Source: Candidatus Parcubacteria bacterium
Lineage (GTDB): Bacteria > Patescibacteriota > Minisyncoccia > UBA6257 > 2-01-FULL-56-20
Direction: 5' to 3'
DNA: 64,000 nt
Assembly: GCA_027450205.1 (NCBI GenBank)
Contig: DAIDJL010000004.1
Coordinates: forward strand, 139,932 to 203,931
Shown here: one piece after another, positions 19,659-28,803 of the stretch
Layout of the letters: every line of letters begins with the position of its first letter
Numbering within the stretch: the stretch's first letter is position 1
Translations under genes and position numbers: made by a program
Notes under the pieces: generated by a model
Told to the model about the DNA's origin: nothing
Database searches by the model: none
Seen by the model: only the letters and a program-made list of their open reading frames with translations

Positions 19659-20555
19659 TTATTTCATAAGTGCTTCCAGTTGCAGGCGCGGATTGAGGCT
19701 GAAATTATTCACGCCCTCGTATAATTTCAATGTTTTGTGCCAAAAAGCCGATTTTGCTTTTGATGGCGTTTCCCATGCCAATGTCATTATAACCGCATCA
19801 AGAAAGGTCCGTAAACTGAAATCGTCCGGGTCTATGAGCTTTTTTATGAAGTCGCGCCGGCCGGCCGGCGCGGTCTTAAGGAACGCCTCCGCAAGTTCCA
19901 AGTTCTTTTGGAATGCCTTGTCATGAAGGATCCGCCATGCAATGCCCGGCTTTCCGAGCGAGCGTTTTGCCAAAGCCGTTGCTTTTGCCCTGGTAAGGCC
20001 TTCGGTTTCCACAAGCCACGTTTCTATGGCTGCTTGCGTTGCCGCCCCAAAATAGATCTTCGGCAAGCGTGAAACGATCGTCGGCAAAATGCTTTCAATG
20101 TCAGATGTGACCAGAATAAGAAGCGACGATGCCGGAGGTTCTTCGGTGATCTTAAGCAATGCATTCTGCGCTTCGATGGTGAGCAACTCGGCGTTGTCGA
20201 TGATAAGCGTGCGCCGCGGGCTCGCGTTTGGCCGCTGCCACAGGAAGTTCTTCACCTCACGCGTGGCGTCTATACCGATCGAATCGCCACTCGCATCCGG
20301 GTCGAGCATTTTCATGAACGCAAGATCGATGATCTTCATGTCTTGCAGAACCTCTTGATCGCCATCCTCGCGGTTCGGTTTGTCGTTGCGGGCCGGTTCA
20401 TAGACTCCTTTTTCAAGATAATGCCCCAGCCCAGCGGCAACGGTTCGTTTTCCTACCATCGCCGGTCCAACAAAAATATAACCGTGCCCCAGCGCACTGC
20501 GGGTAATAAGGCCTTTCAGATCGCTAATGATCGCTTCGTGTCCTATGATAGGCAT
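19659..20555 (-). CDS. holB: DNA polymerase III delta-prime subunit
   Basis: AAA+ clamp-loader fold without intact Walker A (GHGYIFVGPAMVGKRT); LLKITEEPP and SRLP motifs. Confidence 0.75.
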   Translation of the reverse strand: MPIIGHEAIISDLKGLITRSALGHGYIFVGPAMVGKRTVAAGLGHYLEKGVYEPARNDKPNREDGDQEVLQDMKIIDLAFMKMLDPDASGDSIGIDATREVKNFLWQRPNASPRRTLIIDNAELLTIEAQNALLKITEEPPASSLLILVTSDIESILPTIVSRLPKIYFGAATQAAIETWLVETEGLTRAKATALAKRSLGKPGIAWRILHDKAFQKNLELAEAFLKTAPAGRRDFIKKLIDPDDFSLRTFLDAVIMTLAWETPSKAKSAFWHKTLKLYEGVNNFSLNPRLQLEALMK

Positions 20556-20573
20556 CGAACGCGTAGTATGTTC

Positions 20574-21581
20574 TTATCTTTTATTCAGCAATGTCCGCTT
20601 ATACGTGTCCAAATGGTTCAAAATAAGGCCTGTCCCCTTGGCCACGCAGAACAGCGGATCCTCCGCCACGTACGCCTGCACTCCAAGGAAACGTTCAAAG
20701 AACTCCGGAAGGTGGTGGAGCTGGACGCTGCCGCCGCTCAGAATGATCCCCTTCTCCATAATGTCCGCCACGAGCTCCGGCGGGGTTACGTTGAAAACGT
20801 TCTGGACGCTGCTCGCGATCTCTATCAGCAACGGATTGAGTGCCTCCGCGATCTCATTGGAGTTGATAACGACATCCTTCGGCAAGCCGGTCACGAGGTC
20901 GCGTCCGCGCACCTGATATTCCATCTTTTCCTTGGTAGGCATCGCCGAACCAATCTCGATCTTGACCTGTTCCGCGGTCTGCTCGCCGATCGCGAGTGCG
21001 TATTTCTTTTTAATATAATCCATGATCGCCTGGTCAAACTTGTTTCCGGCGATGCGAAGCGAGTTCCATGAGACGATGTTGCCGAGCGCGATCACCGCCT
21101 GCTCGGACGTTCCGCCGCCGATGTTGATGATCATGTTCCCGCTGCGCGCATTGATCGGAATGCCGGCGCCAAGTGCGGCGAGGATCGGCTCGCGGACAAT
21201 GAATGCGTTGCCCGCACCCGCTTCACGCGCTGCGTTCATCACGGCGCGGCGTTCAGTCTGCGTAATGCCCGCCGGAACGGAAATCACGACATCGGGCTTC
21301 AGTATATTGAACCAACCCGACGCCTTTGAGATAAAGTACGTGAGCATGGCCTTCGTAATATAGTAATCCGCGATCACGCCGTCCTTGAGCGGGCGGTATG
21401 CCACGATCTCGTCCGGGGTGCGGCCGATCATTTCCTTTGCTTCCGCGCCTACCGCGAGCACGGTATTATCGGGTTGCATAAGCGCCACAATTGTGGGCTC
21501 GTTAATGATAAATCCCTTGCCGGGCACAAAAACAACGGTGTTAGCCGTGCCCAAATCAATGCCGATCTTCTTGCCAAACAT
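20574..21581 (-). CDS. mreB: Rod-shape determining actin homologue MreB
   Basis: IGIDLGTANT phosphate-1 motif; start placed at MFGKKIGIDLGT. Confidence 0.9.
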   Translation of the reverse strand: MFGKKIGIDLGTANTVVFVPGKGFIINEPTIVALMQPDNTVLAVGAEAKEMIGRTPDEIVAYRPLKDGVIADYYITKAMLTYFISKASGWFNILKPDVVISVPAGITQTERRAVMNAAREAGAGNAFIVREPILAALGAGIPINARSGNMIINIGGGTSEQAVIALGNIVSWNSLRIAGNKFDQAIMDYIKKKYALAIGEQTAEQVKIEIGSAMPTKEKMEYQVRGRDLVTGLPKDVVINSNEIAEALNPLLIEIASSVQNVFNVTPPELVADIMEKGIILSGGSVQLHHLPEFFERFLGVQAYVAEDPLFCVAKGTGLILNHLDTYKRTLLNKR

Positions 21582-21665
21582 AAGAGGGATTATAGCTGAA
21601 ATCATTAAAAAATACAAAAGAAATGGCCCGCCTTTGAAAGCGGGCCCTGATTTTAGTGGTGATTT

Positions 21666-21953
21666 TCAAAAATCAAAATCGTCTCGACCATCCACATACA
21701 TAAATGTGTATACCATATGGCCCATTCCTCGGAATATTACAGCCCAAGCAATAACGGCCAAGATTCCCGGGGGGCCTAGTTTGGCGACGGCCACGATAGT
21801 GGTCCAGATGATAGATCCTGCAAAGAGAAAGTTCAGTATCGCCATGAACGACTCGCTTGTATCATCGGAACACGGAATCAGCAGAGAGATTGCCAGCATC
21901 AACGCCGAGATCCCACCACTAACAAAGAACCAATGCCTGAAGCTTTCAACCAT
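21666..21953 (-). CDS. Hypothetical small membrane protein
   Basis: 95 aa, 3 hydrophobic helices. Confidence 0.3.
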   Translation of the reverse strand: MVESFRHWFFVSGGISALMLAISLLIPCSDDTSESFMAILNFLFAGSIIWTTIVAVAKLGPPGILAVIAWAVIFRGMGHMVYTFMYVDGRDDFDF

Positions 21954-22015
21954 ACTAACCTCCTAACTATTTCAGCTAACCGATTAACGCCAGTATCATA
22001 AATTATATTAAATTT

Positions 22016-23329
22016 TTATACAACCCGCGTGATATCGGCGCCCAGCTGTCGCAGCCGCTCGTCAATCCGCTCGTATCCCCTGTCGATCTCTTCCACGCCA
22101 TCCACTTCGGAGACGCCGCTCGCGACGAGCGCGGCGAGGATATCCACCATGCCGGAGCGGAGATCGCGTACGGTGAGATTCTTGCTTGAGAGCGGCGTGG
22201 GGCCTTCGATTGTGGCAAAGTGATAGTGGCTTTTGCCGTTAAGGCGGCATGGGTCGTCCGGCGGACAGTCGATCGCCACCTTTATTTTTGCGCCCATCTC
22301 GTTGAGGTCAAGCGCATACGCGAAACGGTCCTCGTAGATCGTCTCGTGGATGGTGCTCGTGCCGCGCGCTTGCGTGAGCAGCACCGCGAGCGGCTGCTGC
22401 CAGTCGGTCATGAATCCCGGATGGACGTCGGTATGGATGTGGAGCGGGTGAAGTCCGCCGCCGCCCCGGGCGACGCTGCGCGAGAATGCGATGCCGTCGT
22501 CCGTTACCTCATATTCCCCGCCCATACGCCGCACGGCATTCAAAAATGTGATGAGGTGTTCCTGATTCGCACCGTTCAGCATGATCCGTCCGTTCGTGGC
22601 GATCGCGAGGCATGCCATGGATACCGCTTCATTGCGGTCGGGCGGCGTGCGATGGGTCACGCCGTGAAGATGTTCTACGCCTTCTATCATGATCGTTCTT
22701 GGCGGCGAGAGCTCCACGATCGCACCCATTTTCTGGAGCATCTTCATGAGCTCTATGATTTCCGGCTCGAGGGCGGCATTCTTGATGACCGTCTTGCCCT
22801 TGGCAAGCACTGCCGCGAGCATGATGTTCTCCGTAGCGCCGACACTCGGGAATCGCAGCTCGATTTCCGCGCCACACAGGCCGTCCTTCGCCCATGCGTG
22901 ATAACTGTCTTTTGTTATCTGGATCTGCGCGCCGAGCTTTGCCAGTCCTTCCAGATGGATGTCCACCGGGCGCGGCCCGATCTTATCGCCGCCGAGCACG
23001 GGCACCTCAGCCTCGCCGGTGCGCGCCAAGAGCGGTCCGAGTGCGAGGATCGGGATACGGTTGCGGCGCGTGAGCATCGTCACGCGGTTGTTTGCGATCG
23101 TCGGCGTTGCGACCTTCACGACATCGCCGGCTTTGTCGATCGCCGACCCGATGTTCTTTAAGAATTCAAAAATGATATCCAACTCTCCGATCGTCGGGAC
23201 GTTTTCCAGGATGCACGGTTCGTCAGTGAGCAGTGATGCCACCATCATCTTGGAGGCAGCATTCTTGGCTCCCGCGATCGTGATCTCACCGAACAGCGGT
23301 TTGCCGCCTTTAACGATAAATTTTGCCAT
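22016..23329 (-). CDS. murA: UDP-N-acetylglucosamine 1-carboxyvinyltransferase
   Basis: N-terminal MAKFIVKGGKPLFGEITIAGAKNAA; EPSP-synthase fold length. Confidence 0.9.
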   Translation of the reverse strand: MAKFIVKGGKPLFGEITIAGAKNAASKMMVASLLTDEPCILENVPTIGELDIIFEFLKNIGSAIDKAGDVVKVATPTIANNRVTMLTRRNRIPILALGPLLARTGEAEVPVLGGDKIGPRPVDIHLEGLAKLGAQIQITKDSYHAWAKDGLCGAEIELRFPSVGATENIMLAAVLAKGKTVIKNAALEPEIIELMKMLQKMGAIVELSPPRTIMIEGVEHLHGVTHRTPPDRNEAVSMACLAIATNGRIMLNGANQEHLITFLNAVRRMGGEYEVTDDGIAFSRSVARGGGGLHPLHIHTDVHPGFMTDWQQPLAVLLTQARGTSTIHETIYEDRFAYALDLNEMGAKIKVAIDCPPDDPCRLNGKSHYHFATIEGPTPLSSKNLTVRDLRSGMVDILAALVASGVSEVDGVEEIDRGYERIDERLRQLGADITRVV

Positions 23330-24746
23330 GGAGGAACTCGGTCAGCTTGTCCATCGTCACCCGCTCCTGCTTACCGGTATCGCGGTCACGCACCGTCACC
23401 GTATTTTTATTGGCCGCTTCGCCTTCGCCCAGCGTATCAAAATCAACCGTGACGCAGAACGGCGTGCCGATCTCGTCCTGCGCATAGTAGCGCTTACCGA
23501 TGTTGCCACGGTCGTCCCAGGCCACCGGGAAGCGTTTTTGCAGGTCCGCATAGATCTCGCGGGCTTTCTCCACGAGCGCCGGCTTATTGGCAAGGAGCGG
23601 GAAGACAGCTGCCTTATAGGGCGCAAGGCGTGGCGGGAGCTTAAGAAATATACGCTCGCCATCTTCGGTGTAGGCGTCGAGCATCACCATCGCCATCAGG
23701 CGGTTCACACCCACCGCCGGTTCGATCACGTGCGGCACAAATTTGCGTCCGGAGGCCGGATCGGTGTACGAAAGGTCTGTGCCGGAATACTTCATATGCT
23801 GGTTGAGGTCGTAATCGGTGCGGTACGCCAGACCCCAGAGCTCCTTGAAGCCGAACGGGAAGTTATATTCAAGGTCCTCGGTGCGCTTACTATAGAAGCT
23901 GCGTTCCTCATCGCCATGCTCGCGCCAGCGGAGCATGTCCGCGCGTACGCCGAGATTTCCGGTGACGAACGTCCACATATCCCCTTTCCACTGCTCGTAT
24001 AATTTCTTCCAGTCGGTCGCTTCCGGATCGAAGAAATATTCTATCTCCGCCTGTTCGAACTCGAGCGTGCGGAAGATAAAATTGCCTTTGGTGATCTCAT
24101 TGCGGAAGCTTTTTCCAAGCTGGCCGACACCGAACGGCAGCCGCACGCGGGTGGAATCCAGAATGTTCTTAAAGCTGATGAAGATCCCCTGCGCCGTCTC
24201 GCCGCGCAGGTAGACCTTTGACTGTGCTTCCGGCACGATGCCGACATGTGTCTCGAACAACAGGTTGAATTTGCGCACCGGCGTCCAGTCGAACTTTCCG
24301 CAGGTGGGACATTTGATCTTCTCCTGCTGGATCACTTCATCCAGCTCCTTTTCCGATTTTCCTTCAACGCTGATCTTTTCACCCTTCGCTTCAAAGTGGT
24401 TCTCGATCAAGTGATCCGCACGGGTGCGCGTATGGCATGCTTTGCATTCCACCATTGCGTCCACCAATCCCGCAACGTGCCCCGATGCTTCCCATGTCTT
24501 CGGGTGGAGAATAATAGAAGAATCGAGACCTACCATGTCGGCGCGTTCGCGCACGAACACGCGCCACCACTCGTCCTGAATGTTTTTCTTCAATTCGACG
24601 CCTGCCGGGCCGTACTCATAGGAGTTCGCCAGTCCGCCGTAGATTTCCGATCCCGGAAAGACGAAACCGCGCCGCTTGGCGAGCGATACGATCTTTTCCA
24701 TGAGTCCCGATTCTGAAGGGTTTTTTGCCGCTTCTCTTTTTTTCAT
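23310..24746 (-). CDS. glyQS: Glycyl-tRNA synthetase, dimeric (archaeal/eukaryotic-like) type
   Basis: Class II motifs; Zn-knuckle CKACHTR...CPTCGK; 478 aa. Confidence 0.85.
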   Translation of the reverse strand: MKKREAAKNPSESGLMEKIVSLAKRRGFVFPGSEIYGGLANSYEYGPAGVELKKNIQDEWWRVFVRERADMVGLDSSIILHPKTWEASGHVAGLVDAMVECKACHTRTRADHLIENHFEAKGEKISVEGKSEKELDEVIQQEKIKCPTCGKFDWTPVRKFNLLFETHVGIVPEAQSKVYLRGETAQGIFISFKNILDSTRVRLPFGVGQLGKSFRNEITKGNFIFRTLEFEQAEIEYFFDPEATDWKKLYEQWKGDMWTFVTGNLGVRADMLRWREHGDEERSFYSKRTEDLEYNFPFGFKELWGLAYRTDYDLNQHMKYSGTDLSYTDPASGRKFVPHVIEPAVGVNRLMAMVMLDAYTEDGERIFLKLPPRLAPYKAAVFPLLANKPALVEKAREIYADLQKRFPVAWDDRGNIGKRYYAQDEIGTPFCVTVDFDTLGEGEAANKNTVTVRDRDTGKQERVTMDKLTEFLHGKIYR

Positions 24747-24758
24747 ATTTTTAATGAA

Positions 24759-26714
24759 TTATTGCGTCACCTCGCCATTCTGATTTTTAGCAAATGGATC
24801 GTCCGGCAGCTGCGTAGTAATCGCGTTAGTCGATTGCGATATTGCCGTGCCAGTGTAGGCATCCGTGGCGGTGAGCGTTGCGGGACCCATCAGAGTGATC
24901 TGTTGACCGACCTGATTGACCGCCGGCGTGTTCGTCACCTGGAACACGGCTGTGACCGGGGCGCTGATCACGCCCGCAGTTGCCGGAATATATGGGATGG
25001 TCCACGTGACCTCACCGGTCCCCGCGTTATAGGTAGGCAACGTGGTTGATGTGAGGCCGGTGCTCGTGGCAACACCGGTGAACGTGGTACCGGACTGCAG
25101 GTACGCCGATATCGTAACATTTTGCATGTCGGTGGAGTAGTTCACGAGGCTCCAATGGATTGTGTATGTGGTTGGCTGGTCAACTTTTGGCGGATAGGGG
25201 CCGGTATTTTTTATGCCCACGGCGGTCTCTTTATAGAAGGCATCCGATGTGAGCGCGATTTCGCCGCCCACTTTGCTGGTGAGCGAGGCGACGGAAACGG
25301 TGTCTGTGCCGGCGGTGTTTGGCGGTACGGTCGGCGACTGCGCTTTTGCGAAGACGTTCAGGGAATAATCCTTGTCGCTCGGCAGCTTTATCGGAAACGA
25401 TGATTTTGTATTGATGGTAAAATCCACCGACCCCGACTGCCCGGGCGGGATCGCCGCGAGCGCCGGAGCATTCGCCGTGTTCCACGTAATGGTGTTGGAT
25501 TGCGAATTGAACGAACCGTTCGTTTTGAGCGATTTGAAATCGTACATTCGTCCGACGAGTGCCGCAGAAATGTTCACCGCCTGGAACGTCACATCGGAAT
25601 CATTCGTATAGGTCAATGTGTAGTCAAGGTTGTCTCCCAATCCGGCAACGTATGTGGATGAGTTATTCAGTGCGATCGTGAACGAGAGCGGCGACGGGGT
25701 GATCGCAAAGTTCACCGGCGCGATGTTCGCGGGATAGTTTTGCCCGCCGAAATTTGCGCCGATCACGCCGGTCAGCTGATATTGCGCGCGCGCCGGTCCC
25801 ACGATGTTGCCCGTGACGACGATCGTGCCGGTCGCATTCGCCGGAAGATCACCAAGGTTCCATGTTTTTGTTTTAAGAGTGCCGAGATCCCATATTGTTT
25901 CCGCCGGAGCGGTGCCGCTTACCGAAATGAACGTGTATGCCGGCGGGTATTGCAGTTGCAGGTCAACGCCCTGCATATTTTCACCCGTATTGTTCTGATA
26001 ATTCATTGCGATATCAAAATTCTGCCCGCTGAAGATGTTGGAAGGTACGGTATAGGACACCGTGAGCGCTGCCTGCGTGCCGACAGCAAGCGATGTGTTT
26101 GCGGTGTTGGTGAACTGCGTATCGGGCGAAGCCGCGGTGCTGTACGTAAGGACGGCGTTCGCGGTTTGCGATGTCCCCGGATCCCCCGTCGCGATCAATT
26201 CTATCGTTTGCGGCGGATTGATCGTTTGCGAACTGAGTGTTCCTATCGGGATCATGAGCGCGCGCTGGCCGGGCGTGGTCCCGGTCGCCACAAACGATAT
26301 TCCCGTCGGAAGCGTCAGGGTTAATTGCGTGTTTCGCAGGGCGCTCTTTGATTGGTTGGAGACGGTGACGGTCAGTGGGAATGGCTCTCCCAATACGATC
26401 GTACCGGGATCGGAAAATGTTATGGCGATGTTCGGCGTTGAGGGCGGAAGCAATAAGTAATAAATGAATGCCGCAAGGCCGATTGCCAGAAAAATTCCTA
26501 TGGTAAAGAAGAGGAGGCTATGGCGCTTAAAGAACGACGGCTGTGCGGGCGGTTTATTCCCGGATTTTTCACCCGGCGGGGGCGTGCCGCCCGGCAGTGG
26601 ATCCTGGGCGTCTTGCGGACGCTGTGCGGTATATGAGGTTTTGTCCCCCGGCGGCGTGTAAGCGTATTTCTTTTCTTTGCTCCCCCACACCGAATTCGGA
26701 TTATAATCGGGCAT
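24759..26714 (-). CDS. Large cell-surface protein: Pro-rich cytoplasmic N-terminus, single TM, about 550-aa extracellular Thr/Asn-rich beta-repeat region (DUF11/CARDB-like repeats)
   Basis: Composition and repeat pattern only. Confidence 0.45.
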   Translation of the reverse strand: MPDYNPNSVWGSKEKKYAYTPPGDKTSYTAQRPQDAQDPLPGGTPPPGEKSGNKPPAQPSFFKRHSLLFFTIGIFLAIGLAAFIYYLLLPPSTPNIAITFSDPGTIVLGEPFPLTVTVSNQSKSALRNTQLTLTLPTGISFVATGTTPGQRALMIPIGTLSSQTINPPQTIELIATGDPGTSQTANAVLTYSTAASPDTQFTNTANTSLAVGTQAALTVSYTVPSNIFSGQNFDIAMNYQNNTGENMQGVDLQLQYPPAYTFISVSGTAPAETIWDLGTLKTKTWNLGDLPANATGTIVVTGNIVGPARAQYQLTGVIGANFGGQNYPANIAPVNFAITPSPLSFTIALNNSSTYVAGLGDNLDYTLTYTNDSDVTFQAVNISAALVGRMYDFKSLKTNGSFNSQSNTITWNTANAPALAAIPPGQSGSVDFTINTKSSFPIKLPSDKDYSLNVFAKAQSPTVPPNTAGTDTVSVASLTSKVGGEIALTSDAFYKETAVGIKNTGPYPPKVDQPTTYTIHWSLVNYSTDMQNVTISAYLQSGTTFTGVATSTGLTSTTLPTYNAGTGEVTWTIPYIPATAGVISAPVTAVFQVTNTPAVNQVGQQITLMGPATLTATDAYTGTAISQSTNAITTQLPDDPFAKNQNGEVTQ

Positions 26715-27231
26715 CTATTGATATTACCGCATCCCGCCGCGCTTTTGAAGCGTGCGCGTGGCAATAGAATTCCTGGGTGGTGGTGTAAAAATAACGCGGC
26801 TGTCTTTCGCCGCACGCGGCGCATTCGGCGTGTTCCGGATCCCATCCCAGTATGCCAAGTGATGTGGTCCAGTTGAACGTACTGCCGGTGAGCAGTTCCC
26901 AAAGCGCCGGCTCCGGCTCCGCTTCGGGGATAAGCTGGCTCAGGAGGTGCAGGTCATTCAGTGCGACCTCTATTCGTGCAGATTTAAGCGCATCAATAAG
27001 CTGTATTCCTTTTGCTTCCACGAAACGTATCTTAGAGAGGATCCCAGGCTCAAGGTGCGGCGCGAGCTTGGACGTGATCTTGCGTGAACTGGTAGCGCGT
27101 CCTACGACCTTGCCAAATTGTTTTGTGAACAGCGTGTAGCGGCCATTAAGGTCGCCCGATGGATCCTTCCTGAGCACAATGGCATCGGCCACATATTCCT
27201 GCATGCGCTCATTATAGGAAAATCGGGCCAT
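26701..27231 (-). CDS. recO: RecO-like recombination mediator (short form)
   Basis: N-terminal OB-fold similarity (DAIVLRKDPSGDLNGRYTLFTKQFGKV) and C-terminal CxxC...CxH zinc module; start placed at MARFSY. Confidence 0.55.
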   Translation of the reverse strand: MARFSYNERMQEYVADAIVLRKDPSGDLNGRYTLFTKQFGKVVGRATSSRKITSKLAPHLEPGILSKIRFVEAKGIQLIDALKSARIEVALNDLHLLSQLIPEAEPEPALWELLTGSTFNWTTSLGILGWDPEHAECAACGERQPRYFYTTTQEFYCHAHASKARRDAVISIDARL

Positions 27232-27240
27232 ATCCGATAC

Positions 27241-27268
27241 TTGACAAGTATATATTCTATGATACAAT
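27241..27268 (+). promoter_or_regulatory. Near-consensus sigma70 promoter: TTGACA, 16 nt, TACAAT
   Basis: Read directly from the sequence; it drives the 50-aa ORF downstream. Confidence 0.5.
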
Positions 27269-27298
27269 ATCCGAGTAGGTATCCTGGGAGGATAAAAT

Positions 27299-27451
27299 AT
27301 GGATCAGCTCCTTGTCGTTGTAAATAACTTCATTGCTCAGGTTCCCCGGCCGCTAGGGATCATGGCGCTCCCGTTGGGCATTTTATTGCTTTTCAAGCTC
27401 AACGAAGCTCGCGCCTTCAAAAAGGCGCGGGTGCCGCGCAGAAGGTTTTAA
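27299..27451 (+). CDS. Unlisted 50-aa small hydrophobic protein (MDQLLVVVNNFIAQVPRPLGIMALPLGILLLFKLNEARAFKKARVPRRRF); complete promoter-RBS-ORF-terminator unit
   Basis: GGGAGG RBS 7 nt before the ATG; one TM helix plus basic tail; terminator follows. The ORF is below the 60-aa cutoff of the ORF track. Confidence 0.4.
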   Translation: MDQLLVVVNNFIAQVPRPLGIMALPLGILLLFKLNEARAFKKARVPRRRF

Positions 27452-27476
27452 GCCGCCAAACGACCTCACAACAGAA

Positions 27477-27512
27477 AAGACCTCGTGTCTTGCTGGTGCG
27501 AGGTCTTTTTTA
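27477..27512 (+). terminator. Rho-independent terminator
   Basis: AAAGACCTCG-13 nt loop-CGAGGTCTTTTTT. Confidence 0.7.
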
Positions 27513-27549
27513 ATATATCAATTCGTTGTTGTATACTTCTATTGTAAAT

Positions 27550-27894
27550 ATGAAATTATCCGTAAAAAGAGTATATGACCCATATGCAAAAACCGACGGG
27601 TTTCGTGTGCTTGTGGATCGTCTCTGGCCCAGGGGCGTTACGAAAGCCGCGGCAAAAATAGATCTATGGGATAAGCAAATTCCGCCGTCATCTGAACTTC
27701 GCTCATGGTTTCATGTTAATAGGGAAAAGCGATTTAACAGTTTTATAAATAAATATGATCGCGAACTCAGCAGAGGAAAGGCGGTGGCAAACTTAAAAAA
27801 AATACTTCGCGGCAAGAAAACGGTGACAATCGTCACGGCGGCAAAGGATATTGAGCATTCTCATATCCCTGTGTTATTTAAACACTTGCGTTAA
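27550..27894 (+). CDS. DUF488-family protein
   Basis: MKLSVKRVYDP...DGFRVLVDRLWPRG...KIDLWDKQIPPSSELRSWFH...TIVTAAKDIEHSHIPVL matches the DUF488 consensus. Confidence 0.6.
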   Translation: MKLSVKRVYDPYAKTDGFRVLVDRLWPRGVTKAAAKIDLWDKQIPPSSELRSWFHVNREKRFNSFINKYDRELSRGKAVANLKKILRGKKTVTIVTAAKDIEHSHIPVLFKHLR

Positions 27895-27975
27895 CCGTTC
27901 CATCGGTGTGGAGGATGGGATGATATTGATAAATGCATAAAAAAGCTTTATATTAAGATCCAGAGGAGAAAAACC

Positions 27976-28073
27976 ATGTCTCTAACATCTCGGCAGAGGC
28001 TTTTGCTGGTGACCTTGGTCCTTGCCCTCATTTCAATCCTATTTCGGATGATTTCCCCTCATGCCGCCCCTTA
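27976..28073 (+). CDS. Unlisted 32-aa hydrophobic peptide (MSLTSRQRLLLVTLVLALISILFRMISPHAAP) with its own promoter, RBS and terminator
   Basis: Promoter TTGATA-17-TATATT at about 27925-27953; RBS GAGGAGAAAAACC-ATG; stop overlaps a CCGCCCC-ttaaaaa-GGGCGG hairpin followed by TTTAACTTT. Confidence 0.35.
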
Positions 28074-28083
28074 AAAAGGGCGG

Positions 28084-28123
28084 TTTAACTTTGTGCGGGG
28101 TATCGGACCAGGTTCGAACCTAT
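28084..28123 (-). repeat. Repeat A: degenerate copy of the tRNA-Tyr 3' end (T-loop to acceptor), placed immediately 3' of the SET gene
   Basis: Minus-strand reading AAATAGGTTCGAACCTGGTCCGATACCCCGCACAAAG versus the tRNA-Tyr 3' end AGGTTCGAATCCTGCCCGGCGCA. Confidence 0.5.
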
Positions 28124-28124
28124 T

Positions 28125-28532
28125 TCAGTCGTTGAGATAGGGGTCTGTGCTCATTGCGTCAGCCGCATCGAAGGTCCGATAGTTGATCAATATCTCCTCC
28201 CCTGCTTCGATGTCCCGATTTGCAACCCCGCGTGTCTCTGGCTCGCCGTCAAACGGTACTACGTCGAGATTGTTCTTTGTTGATGAATGGTTCATAAAGC
28301 GTGCATCATCAGCGCAATAAATATATTCCCCGCTGTCCGTCGAAAGATAGGCATATCGGACGATGAGGTCTTTCTGTAACTGATCCCATGTCTCGACTTC
28401 TTTTGGATCAAACGAAAGATCAAACCGGGGATCATATTTCCATACACTCGTTCCTTTGGGAATTTTTTCCGTAGCAAACAATCCGAAACCTTCTATGCTA
28501 CTTTGCTTCACAATTGTTTTAACAACAAGCAT
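28125..28532 (-). CDS. Minimal SET-domain protein (vSET-like putative protein-lysine methyltransferase)
   Basis: EGFGLFA...; RFMNHSSTKNN corresponds to the NHSC pseudoknot motif; EEILINY post-SET-like; 135 aa. Leaderless extended -10 promoter TGaTATAAT 6 nt before the ATG. Confidence 0.6.
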   Translation of the reverse strand: MLVVKTIVKQSSIEGFGLFATEKIPKGTSVWKYDPRFDLSFDPKEVETWDQLQKDLIVRYAYLSTDSGEYIYCADDARFMNHSSTKNNLDVVPFDGEPETRGVANRDIEAGEEILINYRTFDAADAMSTDPYLND

Positions 28533-28579
28533 GTCTGTATTATATCAGACTATTAATTTAATGCGTTGAACGGGATTTG

Positions 28580-28732
28580 TGCGCCGGGCAGGATGGGGCG
28601 GATGGGAATCCGCCCCCGAATTGGTTCGCTCGTCGAAAATGAAAACCCGCCCTTGTCGCTTGCCCGTTTTCATTTTCTCCTCGCTGCCAATTCCCGAACC
28701 CTAAAGGGTTCTTATCCTGCCCACCATACGAG
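28580..28732 (-). ncRNA. R1: structured repeat element (copy 1 of 2). Ends with a 15-nt copy of the tRNA-Tyr 3' end. Strand and function unknown
   Basis: Homologous to R2 over conserved blocks with covarying hairpins (GGGGCGGAT/ATCCGCCCC versus GCGCGT/ACGCGC). Long-range pairing GGGCAGGAT/ATCCTGCCC. Confidence 0.45.
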
Positions 28733-28736
28733 TACT

Positions 28737-28765
28737 AAAACAGGATGCCAATGGCATCCTGTTTT
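28737..28765. terminator. Bidirectional terminator hairpin (AAAACAGGATGCC-aat-GGCATCCTGTTTT)
   Basis: Perfect 9-bp stem flanked by an A-run and a T-run. Confidence 0.65.
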
Positions 28766-28801
28766 AGTATGGTGCGGGACAGCGAACCAAATTCGAACCT
28801 A
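28762..28801 (-). repeat. Repeat B: degenerate tRNA-Tyr 3'-end copy abutting the ASCH gene stop
   Basis: Minus-strand reading AAAATAGGTTCGAATTTGGTTCGCTGTCCCGCACCA. Confidence 0.45.
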
Positions 28802-28803
28802 TT

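Noticed and set aside
22220-23161. 313-aa ORF antisense to murA, and similar long antisense ORFs (1835..2386, 20343..21071, 32894..33676, 23396..24213)
   Set aside because: They overlap strongly supported housekeeping genes on the other strand; this is the usual high-GC antisense ORF artefact.
28084-28123. Possibility that repeats A/B/C are genuine additional tRNA genes
   Set aside because: Only the T-loop-to-acceptor part is present. The would-be 5' halves fall inside coding sequence, and an 8-nt insertion disrupts the T-stem/acceptor spacing.
28580-28732. R1/R2 as tmRNA, RNase P RNA, SRP RNA or 6S RNA
   Set aside because: None of the conserved motifs of those families is present: tmRNA tag reading frame and T-arm, RNase P P4, SRP domain IV GGAA/AGCAG, 6S central bubble size. 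Length and architecture do not match.
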